From assembly GCA_965232535.1 (NCBI GenBank), contig CBDDPW010000007.1, forward strand, positions 21,420 to 85,419: 64,000 nt of DNA, given 5' to 3'. Positions 42,804-51,884 of the stretch are shown piece by piece. The stretch is from Candidatus Poribacteria bacterium (GTDB lineage: Bacteria; Poribacteria; WGA-4E; JAJDTR01). Both the position numbers and the translations under genes were made by a program. Positions within the stretch are counted from its first letter, which is position 1. Every line of letters starts with the position of its first letter. The notes beneath the pieces are model-generated. The model was not told the origin of the DNA and did not search any database. It saw only the letters and a list, made by a program, of their open reading frames with translations.

Positions 42804-44144
42804 TCACCTCACTTGCCGTCTAAACGGATCCTGCTTGATTTCGCATTCTAAAAGGCTATCCACGTTGCCCGCATCTAATCCGCGTTTAATTACGCGTAAA
42901 GCTTCTGTCGCGGCTTCTGTCGTCTGCTGAATCTCCACGTCCGTATGCGCGAGAGTTAGGACGAAACTCGTAGGGCAGTGGATGCGGCGTTTCGCCATTT
43001 CTTGGATGAACAGCGTGTTCACCTTTCGGCGTAAAGTCTCGTCCGGAAGTTCAATTGCCAGCACCGGGTGAGTAGGCAAGCCGGTACAAGCGCCGGCAAG
43101 TCCGGAGGTTACAATGGCATCGGTCAATCCGGCTCGCAGTTTCTCGCCAATCTCCCGGAACCGAGCTTCCGAATCTCGCCGCTTTAACTCCCGAATGGTT
43201 GTCAATGCCGCAACGAGTCCGATGTTATCACTCCAATAGGAGCTTGAGACAAACATGCGGCTCGCAGGTTCCATCACTTCCCGGGAACCAACGACGGCTC
43301 CCATAGGATAGCCGTTTGACATGGCTTTGGCAACAACCGTCATGTCCGGCGTTATTCCCAGATGCTTTTGCACACCGCCAATAGAGAGTCTCCAGCCACA
43401 GGAAACCTCGTCGAAAATGAGTATCGCATCGTGATTGCGTGCTAACGTCTTGACCGCGCTGAGGTAGCCCGGCGCTGGGAATTCGGATCGCAGAGGTTCC
43501 ATCATAATCGCCGCCACTTCCCCACGATTCACCTCCAATAATTCCTCCAAGCCTTCCAAATCGCCGTAGGTAAAGGGGGCGACCGTGTCCGCTAACACTT
43601 TCGGTACGCCGATAGGTTCAATCCCGGCGAATGGGTATTCGCCGCTCTCCGGATCTACGAGGTGGTTCGCGGCTTGATACCAATCGTGCCAACCGTGATA
43701 GCCGCAAAACAGGATTTTGTCACGTCCTGTTGTTCCGCGAGCAATGCGCGCCGCAACCGCGCACGCTTCCCCGCCGCCCTTCGTATATCGCACCATCTCC
43801 GAGGATGGAATAGTGTCATTCAATTCCTCTGCCAAGGTTACCTCCAGCGGATTTGACATGGTATAGATGCTGCCACGGTCGATTTGAGACTTTACGGCAG
43901 AATCTACTACATCATCGGCGTGTCCCAGTATGATTGCACCGACGGCGTTGGCCCAGTCAATATACTCGGCTCCATCAAGGTCGATGAATCGGGCGCCCTT
44001 GGCGCTTCTCGCATAGATAGGACTGACGCCGTAGGCGAATTGGCTGGCGCGTCGACTGATAAGTTGCGTCCATCCTGGAATTAATTCGCCTGCTCGATTA
44101 TAAGTTTCCACGGAACGCGAAACGCTCGGCACCGGTCCAACCAT
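42804..44144 (-). CDS. Class III PLP aminotransferase (GSA-aminomutase-like)
   Basis: GYHGWHDW, LIFDEV, AKAMSNGYP. Confidence 0.85.
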   Translation of the reverse strand: MVGPVPSVSRSVETYNRAGELIPGWTQLISRRASQFAYGVSPIYARSAKGARFIDLDGAEYIDWANAVGAIILGHADDVVDSAVKSQIDRGSIYTMSNPLEVTLAEELNDTIPSSEMVRYTKGGGEACAVAARIARGTTGRDKILFCGYHGWHDWYQAANHLVDPESGEYPFAGIEPIGVPKVLADTVAPFTYGDLEGLEELLEVNRGEVAAIMMEPLRSEFPAPGYLSAVKTLARNHDAILIFDEVSCGWRLSIGGVQKHLGITPDMTVVAKAMSNGYPMGAVVGSREVMEPASRMFVSSSYWSDNIGLVAALTTIRELKRRDSEARFREIGEKLRAGLTDAIVTSGLAGACTGLPTHPVLAIELPDETLRRKVNTLFIQEMAKRRIHCPTSFVLTLAHTDVEIQQTTEAATEALRVIKRGLDAGNVDSLLECEIKQDPFRRQVR

Positions 44145-44192
44145 AATCCCTTCCTCCGATCTCAGTGATTCTTGACTCTATGTATACCGGTA

Positions 44193-45293
44193 TTAACTGC
44201 TAGAAATAACAATTGGCTTTAAGCATACCGGCGTAGGAACTTCGGCTATGTGCCCGGTTGGATTAAGTTCGCCTGTTTCCGCGTCAATCCAAAATGTTAC
44301 GACAGTATCGCTCATCTGGTTTGCCGCTAGTAAGAGCGTTCCTGTAGGGTCAATGGCAAAGTTACGCGGAATCTCACCCTGTGTTGACTCATGTCCGACA
44401 AGCGTAAGCTGCCCGGTTTGCTCGTCAATTGCGAAAATTACAATGCTGTCGTGCCCGCGATTGGATCCGTATACAAACTTCCCAGATGGAGAAACGTGTA
44501 CATCGGCGCAATGGCTCGTTCCATCAAAATCATCAGGTAGAGTGGGGACCGATTCGATTTCGTTGAGAGCACCTCGGGAACTATCATAATTAAAGGCTGT
44601 CATGGTGGAATCCAACTCATTGATTGCGTATGCCCATTTGCCGTTGGGGTGAAAATCAAAGTGGCGGGGACCGGCGCCGGCATGTACCTGAACCCACGGC
44701 TGGCTGTTCGGCTTTAACTTGCCTTGAGTCATATCCAGTTCGTAAATCATGATTTTATCAATTCCGAGATCCGGTGCGAATGCGTACCGGTTGCCGGAAT
44801 CGATGTTGATGGAATGTGCATGGGGACCTTCCTGTCTGTCAGGGTTAACGCTCGATCCGACATGTTGAACAAAATCGGAGGCTTCGCCAAGACTTCCATC
44901 CGCCTTGATGGGAAGCATAGCCACGCTGCCGCCCGCGTAATTCGCGACTAGAACATACCGTCCGGTGAAATCGACACTTAGATGACAAGGTCCGGGACCG
45001 CCAGAAAGTTGATGATTTAAGAAGGTCAACTCTCCAGTATCGGAATCGATGCGGAATGCGCTCACCCGTCCATTCGGTATTCCGTCGACCTCTCGAACGG
45101 CGTTGACGGCGTACAGATACCGATGTTCGGGATGAAGCGCAAGGAACGAAGGGCTCTCTACACCCGTTGCTTTACTCTCGTATACCAGTTCACCGGATGA
45201 CACATTCAATCGGTATACGTAAATTCCCTCACTGTCGCCCTGCGTGTAGGTGCCAATGTACACGCGGACTTCACCTCTATTCTGTTCACTCAC
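44193..45293 (-). CDS. pgl: 6-phosphogluconolactonase-like lactonase (beta-propeller)
   Basis: YIGTYT, RQEGPHAH, GAGPRH, YGSNRGHDSI, PRNF. Confidence 0.8.
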   Translation of the reverse strand: MSEQNRGEVRVYIGTYTQGDSEGIYVYRLNVSSGELVYESKATGVESPSFLALHPEHRYLYAVNAVREVDGIPNGRVSAFRIDSDTGELTFLNHQLSGGPGPCHLSVDFTGRYVLVANYAGGSVAMLPIKADGSLGEASDFVQHVGSSVNPDRQEGPHAHSINIDSGNRYAFAPDLGIDKIMIYELDMTQGKLKPNSQPWVQVHAGAGPRHFDFHPNGKWAYAINELDSTMTAFNYDSSRGALNEIESVPTLPDDFDGTSHCADVHVSPSGKFVYGSNRGHDSIVIFAIDEQTGQLTLVGHESTQGEIPRNFAIDPTGTLLLAANQMSDTVVTFWIDAETGELNPTGHIAEVPTPVCLKPIVISSS

Positions 45294-45344
45294 GAATCGT
45301 ACCTCATGGAAAAGATTCTATTGTAGTTCAGCCTTCATGACGGA

Positions 45345-46124
45345 TTATTCAACAGGTTTTCTAGCTTGAACGCTATACATGGGCCAAGCGAAATACAGCT
45401 CGTCGCCGTCGCGGCGGATGTCATAAATCGCGCCCTCTTGCGCCGACAGCCCCTTGAAGGCTGACCGAATTTGTCTCACTAACTCCGGCGACTTGGTCTC
45501 CCGCTGCGTCCACCATGAAAATTGAATCTCGGCGTTCTTGGATTGGGATTCCCTTTCAATTTTGAATCCGGTTTCACCAATCATCTTCCGCCACTGCGAA
45601 GGAGGGTACGCCCAAACGTGGGATGCATCCCGAAGTTTTTCCACCCGATTTTGCCATTGGATTAATCGTTCCGACTCGGGACAGACTGTGTCTATCATGC
45701 AGAACGAACCTGAAGGTCGCAGCACGCGATAGGCTTCCGAAAGAAAAGCGGGCACATCTTGAAAGTGGTGTGGCGCGATTCGGCAGGTTACGATGTCGAA
45801 CGATCCCGACGCAAACGGCAGTGCCTCCGCAGCCGCTACCTGAAAATCGACGTTTGACATACCGCGCTCGGCTGCAAGCTCTCTCGCCTTGGCGAGCATC
45901 TCATAGGTGAGATCGGTTGCTGTAACGTGAGCAACTTTCGGAGCGACGGCAAAGGCGGCAAACCCAGTTCCCGTCGCGATGTCCAACACTCGCTCGGTTC
46001 CTGTGGGCTGTGCGAATTCAACAATCACTGCCAGTGTATCGCCTTCGGCGTGAACCGGACTCAGGGCGTAATATTCCGGACTGTTGCCGAATCGGGTTTG
46101 TACTTCATTATGTATGTGGTTCAT
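45345..46124 (-). CDS. Class I SAM-dependent methyltransferase
   Basis: VLDIATGTG; FDIVTCRIAPHHF. Confidence 0.88.
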   Translation of the reverse strand: MNHIHNEVQTRFGNSPEYYALSPVHAEGDTLAVIVEFAQPTGTERVLDIATGTGFAAFAVAPKVAHVTATDLTYEMLAKARELAAERGMSNVDFQVAAAEALPFASGSFDIVTCRIAPHHFQDVPAFLSEAYRVLRPSGSFCMIDTVCPESERLIQWQNRVEKLRDASHVWAYPPSQWRKMIGETGFKIERESQSKNAEIQFSWWTQRETKSPELVRQIRSAFKGLSAQEGAIYDIRRDGDELYFAWPMYSVQARKPVE

Positions 46125-46494
46125 TCGGTCCCCGACAGATTGTCTTTCACTAGATTTTTCAGTATATCAAAGATGCCGAGAGAAGTCACTTGGTTTTTTG
46201 TTTTACGGCAATATTGAGAACGCCGGCGGCACTAACGGTAATTATCAATTTAGCCGAAATACACCGAACAATAAATTGCAAATCGCGAACTTAGATGATA
46301 ACCTTTATTCAAAGAGAATTTGAAATCTCAGGATTTTCAGAGTAAACGCGGCTATCTCATCAATACAAGAGAGCGGCGAAACCCGCATAGGGCGTGACTT
46401 CAGCGGGTTACGGCGGCTTCTTAAGTTGGGTAATACTCTGAAACTGTATTAGCAAGTATCAATCCATTCTGTGCGCCTGATAATCAACAGTGTT

Positions 46495-46628
46495 AGTATA
46501 TGTAGTATTTCAATGACAAGGGACATACTATATCTAGGCGATGCTCACGAGTCTCAGAGGCCAGTGTCGGCAGCAACAGAAAGCACAATATATGGTATGT
46601 GTAATACAATGTTAATACAATATATGCA
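46495..46628. promoter_or_regulatory. Two tandem pairs of NrdR-box-like operators within a decayed MITE copy
   Basis: AGTATATGTAGT 46495 / ACTATATCTAGG 46527 and ACAATATATGGT 46585 / ACAATATATGCA 46617; both pairs are 32 bp apart. Confidence 0.65.
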
Positions 46629-46652
46629 CTTATGACTTGATAAGGAGGGGCC

Positions 46653-47606
46653 ATGGCTGCAGAAAGATCGAAGATTTCACTTCGTGACGCGTTGCAAGGG
46701 GATTTACCGGAAAAGGGGGATGATGAATTATGGTCGGATTTAAACGAGTTGTTCAAGGAATTGAAGGGTCTTGAACTCGTTGAAGGAGTTATTGAACGGG
46801 TGCAGCGTCATGCGCTACAAGCAGCCGGTATCACCGTAAGAGGCGATCTTGGGGATTTGAATGAGGAGGAAGTAGACGAGATCGAGGGTGACGCGGTTAG
46901 AATTGAAAGTACGATCCGTGAGGCGTTAAGTCAGTGTGTAAGGTACTTCATATCGGATTCACATCGCGAGCGTGTTGTTCGCTGTCATGCACGAGGGCTA
47001 TCCACTTCCGATGCGGTCTGGGAGTTAATGTATCGGGATGAGATAATGAATCGGTTGGGACTAGAGGATGCACTGGGTTGGAAAAAGCTTAAAGAAATCC
47101 TGGTTCACCGGCTATCTTACCTGAAACCCGGCACAGCCCGATGGCCAGAAGGAAAGTACGGTGAATTGTGGCGTGAAACACGGGAAAATCACAGGCAGGC
47201 GGTGAGTGATATCCCGTTTACATCGCCGGAGGAGCAAATTGCAGTGCTAGCCAAACATGCCGATCGAATTAACAGCGAGTTGGAGTCAAAAACGCATTCC
47301 GCGAAGGATTTGCAGTTGTTGACCAATTCGTTGACGAAGACGACGGAGAGCCTGCGGCGGTTATCAGTGGCTGAACAGCCGATTCCGGTGAATTTTTCTG
47401 GCACACAGATTGTCGGCGTATTGGAGCGATTGACGCTTGCATTGAAGGCACCAGGGAAGCAAATGATTGGCGGTGAGGCGGAGGAACTCCTTTCGGTGCT
47501 TGAGCGACTGACGCTTGCGTTGAAGGCGCCCGGACAGAAGGGGGATGGCAATGGGAGGAAAGCGCTGCCTGCAGATACAAATAACGGCGCAGGCGGGACA
47601 GAGTGA
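46653..47606 (+). CDS. Hypothetical protein with DUF2280-like (phage-related) central domain
   Basis: Strong RBS TAAGGAGG; KYGELWRETRENHRQAVSDIPFT resembles the DUF2280 segment; VLERLTLALKAPG occurs twice. Confidence 0.6.
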   Translation: MAAERSKISLRDALQGDLPEKGDDELWSDLNELFKELKGLELVEGVIERVQRHALQAAGITVRGDLGDLNEEEVDEIEGDAVRIESTIREALSQCVRYFISDSHRERVVRCHARGLSTSDAVWELMYRDEIMNRLGLEDALGWKKLKEILVHRLSYLKPGTARWPEGKYGELWRETRENHRQAVSDIPFTSPEEQIAVLAKHADRINSELESKTHSAKDLQLLTNSLTKTTESLRRLSVAEQPIPVNFSGTQIVGVLERLTLALKAPGKQMIGGEAEELLSVLERLTLALKAPGQKGDGNGRKALPADTNNGAGGTE

Positions 47607-47740
47607 AGGGCTGGGATCTTGGGAGTGGGGAAGCAGAGGCCGGTGTTTGTTTCATTGCGGACCTTATACAAATGCGTATAATAAGAGGTATTGACAGTTC
47701 AAAGGTTTTCACGGATTGTACAAAGCATCGAGGAAAGGAA

Positions 47741-48349
47741 ATGATTATGCGAAGAAAAGAGAGTTTGTACGCGGTAATCGGCGGTGTTGTGGGGGCCATT
47801 CTCGCCATGGCAGCTAGTTACGTCATGCCAATCGGAGCGCAGAGCGGAGCGGATGCAAACTTTGGGAAGATAAGCTGTGAAGAGCTGGAAGTAGTATCCG
47901 TAATCGGCAGAGCAACAATATCTGACGCCATGATTGATGTAAAAAGCGAATTTCCGAGCGATATTGTTCGTGGCAGCGTTTTGGAAGGCACTTCGGGAGC
48001 GACCCTTATAGCTGGCGGGAGCATTATGATATCTGGAGATGATGGCACAGCATTGGTGGACATCCGCAACGATGGACAAGTTGGGAGCGTTTCCGTGACA
48101 CGCACGGAAGTGGACCATCTGGCGGCGACTATGGGTGTAAACGAGAACGGCGGATACGTTTCGGTCCATGACTTCGAAAAACACGGCAGGGCCCAGGCGA
48201 TGATGGGTCTCAGTAAACAAGGGGGACTGGTGGCTGTTACTGGTAAGGGTGATTCAAACGGACGAGCCGCTATGGGCGTGAGTGAATACGGGAGCGCCGT
48301 GGTAAACACTTGGGACAAGAACGGCTATCGTTTGGCAACGCTTAAGTGA
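47741..48349 (+). CDS. Secreted or membrane-anchored Gly-rich beta-strand hypothetical protein
   Basis: RBS before ATG 47741; N-terminal hydrophobic helix; repeated A.MGV.E.GG.V.V units. Confidence 0.7.
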   Translation: MIMRRKESLYAVIGGVVGAILAMAASYVMPIGAQSGADANFGKISCEELEVVSVIGRATISDAMIDVKSEFPSDIVRGSVLEGTSGATLIAGGSIMISGDDGTALVDIRNDGQVGSVSVTRTEVDHLAATMGVNENGGYVSVHDFEKHGRAQAMMGLSKQGGLVAVTGKGDSNGRAAMGVSEYGSAVVNTWDKNGYRLATLK

Positions 48350-48377
48350 AGCGCACCAACTTAAGGGAAAAACAAGA

Positions 48378-48728
48378 GTGCAAGAAAACCCAAAAGGGTG
48401 GTCGGAAATGGAGTGGTGGAGGAAAGTCATAATCATCGGCGGCGTGTTCCTATTTGGCATCTACGCCTATATCACGGAGACCCATAAAGCAGTCCACGAG
48501 GTCGTCATCAAACCGTGGATAGAAAGGCGGAGTGCGTGTGCGGAGTGGCAAGAGTCTTTCCAGGACAGGCGATTGATGGAGATCGTCAGGAAGGATGTTG
48601 ACGGGCAGACGTTTGAAGAGATAGGCGATTTCTACGGGGTTTCGGGGGAATGTGTAGAAAAGCGAGTCAACGAAGACCGCGAATTGTTTGACCGGCTTAA
48701 AGCCGAGTATATCTCCAGAAGTTACTGA
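48378..48728 (+). CDS. Small membrane protein with sigma70-region-4-like HTH
   Basis: TM segment VIIIGGVFLFGIYAYI; GQTFEEIGDFYGVSGECVEKR. Confidence 0.55.
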   Translation: MQENPKGWSEMEWWRKVIIIGGVFLFGIYAYITETHKAVHEVVIKPWIERRSACAEWQESFQDRRLMEIVRKDVDGQTFEEIGDFYGVSGECVEKRVNEDRELFDRLKAEYISRSY

Positions 48729-48766
48729 CTCAGCAAGGGCGAATAGGGAGGGTGATAGAGATATTA

Positions 48767-49739
48767 ACCAATGGTGCTAGTTTAGAGGCTGAATTGAGCG
48801 ATTGATAAAGGGACAAAGCCATCATCTTCAATCGACAGGCCGTCCCACTGCACCAAGATATTAAACAAAGCCATTGTAAAGCCGACTCGCGTTTTGAAGT
48901 AGCTCCAACGACGATGCATGACTTTCTTAAAATGACAAACGAGCGTCAACATTGATAAAATCGTCTCTACCAGCATTCGAGAATTCCACTCGCCACGTCG
49001 GCACAGACGCAAGTTGGAAGGGAACCAATCTGCTTTGGCAAAACCTTCATCGGCAAACACAACCATCTGGTCATTGACCCCATCAACGAGGTGTTGAAAA
49101 GCAGTTCCATCATATACATTGGCAGTGTCGCAATCCCAATTGACAATCAGCCCGAGGTGATTGTGTAGCAGGCAAAGTTTTCCACCTACAATCCATCGTT
49201 GATTGGAAATACCTTTGCGTCCGATTTGACGCTTAGAACGTCCTTCTCGACGCGGGTGAATCAATTCAATGCCGTAAGTGTCAATTACGCCGATGAGCGA
49301 AGGCTCTGCCATGAACACGTCAATAAGATGTCGATACCCCTCAAACAAGCGAAACAATCGAGTGCGATGGGGTAATCTTGGGAATACGTGTTTGAAATTG
49401 TTTGCTATCCAGCGATAGAAGGCTCGATTGCTCACGCCTTTGAGCGCAAAGAGCATGGCAATGGTAACCACTTCGGACGGATAGAGTTTGGCTTGGCTAT
49501 GCTTACGATTCTTGCCGCGCTGTGAGAGTTTATCATCAACACAACAAAACAATTCTGTGGTAAAATCTTCTATGGTCATGAGTCTAGATTTCCTTCCGTT
49601 ATTTGATAACTACTGGTACTCAAATTAACGGTAGAATTGAGGAAATCGTCTCATGACCATGATATATTTTGTACCAAAACAAAGCCAAAATGGAGTGTTA
49701 TGCCTATTTACCTCCAAATTTCAAACTAGCACCATTGGT
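48767..49739 (-). mobile_element. IS982-family insertion sequence, apparently intact
   Basis: Perfect TIR ACCAATGGTGCTAGTTT; 5-bp TSD TATTA. Confidence 0.92.
48782..49579 (-). CDS. IS982-family DDE transposase
   Basis: LFCCVDD, SEVVTI, FPRLPHRTR, VIDTYG, FADEGF, RMLVET. Confidence 0.88.
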   Translation of the reverse strand: MTIEDFTTELFCCVDDKLSQRGKNRKHSQAKLYPSEVVTIAMLFALKGVSNRAFYRWIANNFKHVFPRLPHRTRLFRLFEGYRHLIDVFMAEPSLIGVIDTYGIELIHPRREGRSKRQIGRKGISNQRWIVGGKLCLLHNHLGLIVNWDCDTANVYDGTAFQHLVDGVNDQMVVFADEGFAKADWFPSNLRLCRRGEWNSRMLVETILSMLTLVCHFKKVMHRRWSYFKTRVGFTMALFNILVQWDGLSIEDDGFVPLSIAQFSL

Positions 49740-49966
49740 TATTATACGGGACCAACTGCGGACGACTGGGAAGGCGAAGCTCGCCGTTTGGGGCGCAGGA
49801 AGAATTTGATTGGCCGCGGCGTTTTGGATGACACGCTCTAAGCGTATCGCCCTTACTGTCGGTTCGGTTGATTTCAGTTAATTGATAGGAATCCCTTAAT
49901 CCGCGATTCAGACAAATGTCTGAGAGATTTAGATTTTTGCGAGAATGCTAGAAAAACTGTCTGAAT

Positions 49967-50003
49967 GGGATCTCTATCGCCTTCACTATTCGTTCAGTTG
50001 ATC
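49967..50003 (-). repeat. 37-nt GATCAA hairpin micro-element inserted in an AATC/TTCAGACAA repeat
   Basis: Reverse complement GATCAACTGAACGAATAGTGAAGGCGATAGAGATCCC. Confidence 0.85.
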
Positions 50004-50141
50004 TGATTAAACAGATTTCGCAGATTACACGGATTTTAAGCAGTGTATTCTATCGCATAAATTTCATCTGTACAATCTTGTGTTTGAGGCACTTTGCGTT
50101 TTGGAAAAGTAGCCGAAAAATGTCATTATCGAGGAAAGATC

Positions 50142-51457
50142 GTGAGTATTCCAGATGTGTCCGTCCCCGAAAGTTACTATCTCGACGAATTGTCCGAGAT
50201 CACGCGCGAAATAGTGGAGAGGTCAGCTAACGGTAACTATATCTACCGTGGCGAACCTGAACATTATGAAGAAGAACCCTACTTTGGTAAAGTCTCCTCG
50301 GCCCTCTACCGGATTGTGCCGAAGAATATGACTCAGGTCGATTTGATCTAGATCGTGTCGAGGAAGAAATACTAGAAGAGGCCAGAAACCACATTCGCGA
50401 GGGCGCCAAAATATACTTTGAAATCTTAACGGAACTCCAACACTTCGGAAGTCCAACCAATCTATTAGACTTTACCACCGACTACCATATAGCCCTTTTC
50501 TTCGCATGCGACGGATCTCATGACAAAGATGGCAGGATTATCTTACTGAAAAGAACCGATGAGATTAACAAAAAATACCGAATCAATGAGTCTCAAAATC
50601 CACTGAACCGCGTCATTGCCCAGAAAAGTATTTTTGCACACCCGCCCAACGGTTTTATTGACTCCAAAGATATTAGCATTATTCCTGTGGCGGCGAACCT
50701 AAAACAGTGGATACTAATTCATCTGCGGAAATTTCAAGACATATCTACCCAGAGCATCTACAACGACCTTCACGGATTTATCAGACATAGAAATTTGCGT
50801 TCTTCAAGAGAAGCGATTTATCCCCGTATTTTTGCAGATCGTGCATTAGACAGCCCTGCGGACGAAAACCAGACCATCGAAGAACGAAAAGACCAGTTGC
50901 AGAGAGCAATTGGATTTTATACTACAGCGATACAATATTCACCGTATGACGCTACAACCTATGTGAAACAGGGCTGGTGTTACCAAGGAATAAACGAGTT
51001 TGAGCGCGCCATTGAAACTTTTAGCAAAGCCATACTGCTTGATCCCAGTAATGCCAACGCTTACTTCAATCGCGGCCTAAACTATAAGAGTAAAGGCGCG
51101 AATGACCTTGCCATAGCAGACTTTACCAAAACTATAGAACTAGAACCCAATTACGCCCCGAGTTATACCAGTCGTGGTCTCGCATACCTCAGCAATAAAA
51201 ATTATGACCGTACTATCGAAGACTATACTACAGCGATAAAGCTCAACCCCGACGATGCGAGCGCCTATTGTTTTCGAGGTATGGTGTGGTTGCGCTTGGA
51301 GAAATGGAAAGAGGGCAAAGCCGACCTGATAACAGCTAAGGACAAAGGACATGACATCAGCGTTTCATTTCGTAAAATATTCCCACGCGCTGGCGACTTC
51401 AAGAGTTTACATGGATCGAATTTGCCCGAAGACATAGTCGCCCTGTTGACGCCTTAG
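50142..51457 (+). pseudogene. FRG-domain / TPR protein with a single-base frameshift at ~50320 (or sequencing error)
   Basis: YIYRGE...SSALYR in one frame; LQHFGSPTNLLDFTTDYHIALFFAC, NRVIAQKSIF and TPRs continue in the frame of ORF 50687-51457. Confidence 0.82.
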
Positions 51458-51478
51458 AGGATTGTTCAGCAAAAGAAA

Positions 51479-51745
51479 GAGCGACAAAAACAAGCTATCG
51501 CGCTAATCGAATAACTCTCCTCAGAAGAATTGGAAATGGTCGTTGATTTTCTCACGGATTTTCAGCATAGACGAGTGCGGGACACGGCTCACGCAATAGA
51601 CTCCGATAAAAAATATTGACGAGTGTGGAAGATACTAACAAAAATTTAAGGAAGCGGTACCAGGCGGATGAAGTTGAGCGCATTGAATATAGGATACTCT
51701 TTTACCCGAATATAAACCGCTAAATCCGTTGAAGTTCAACCTGCG
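51479..51745 (+). pseudogene. Possible decayed type II toxin-antitoxin pair
   Basis: RQKQAIALIE*LSSEELEMVVDFL (antitoxin-like) then EYRILFTRI*TAKSVEV (RelE-like). Confidence 0.35.
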
Positions 51746-51884
51746 AAAATCCTCGATTCAGACGATCACCAAAAGGATTGCTATTGTAGAACTCTCAATT
51801 GAAAATCGATATGGAAACATCGCATAGCACACATTGAGTGCCTTCGAACAGGTAATCAATGACGAATCTTGGAAGGACGCTATC

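Noticed and set aside
42804-44144. hemL assignment
   Set aside because: Has KGGGEA rather than the HemL SGTEA motif, and no tetrapyrrole gene context.
46653-48728. Prophage
   Set aside because: No integrase, large terminase, portal or capsid genes.
48727-49781. Micro-element copies flanking IS982 (~48729-48762 and ~49750-49781)
   Set aside because: Too degenerate to score stem pairing; not counted among the copies.
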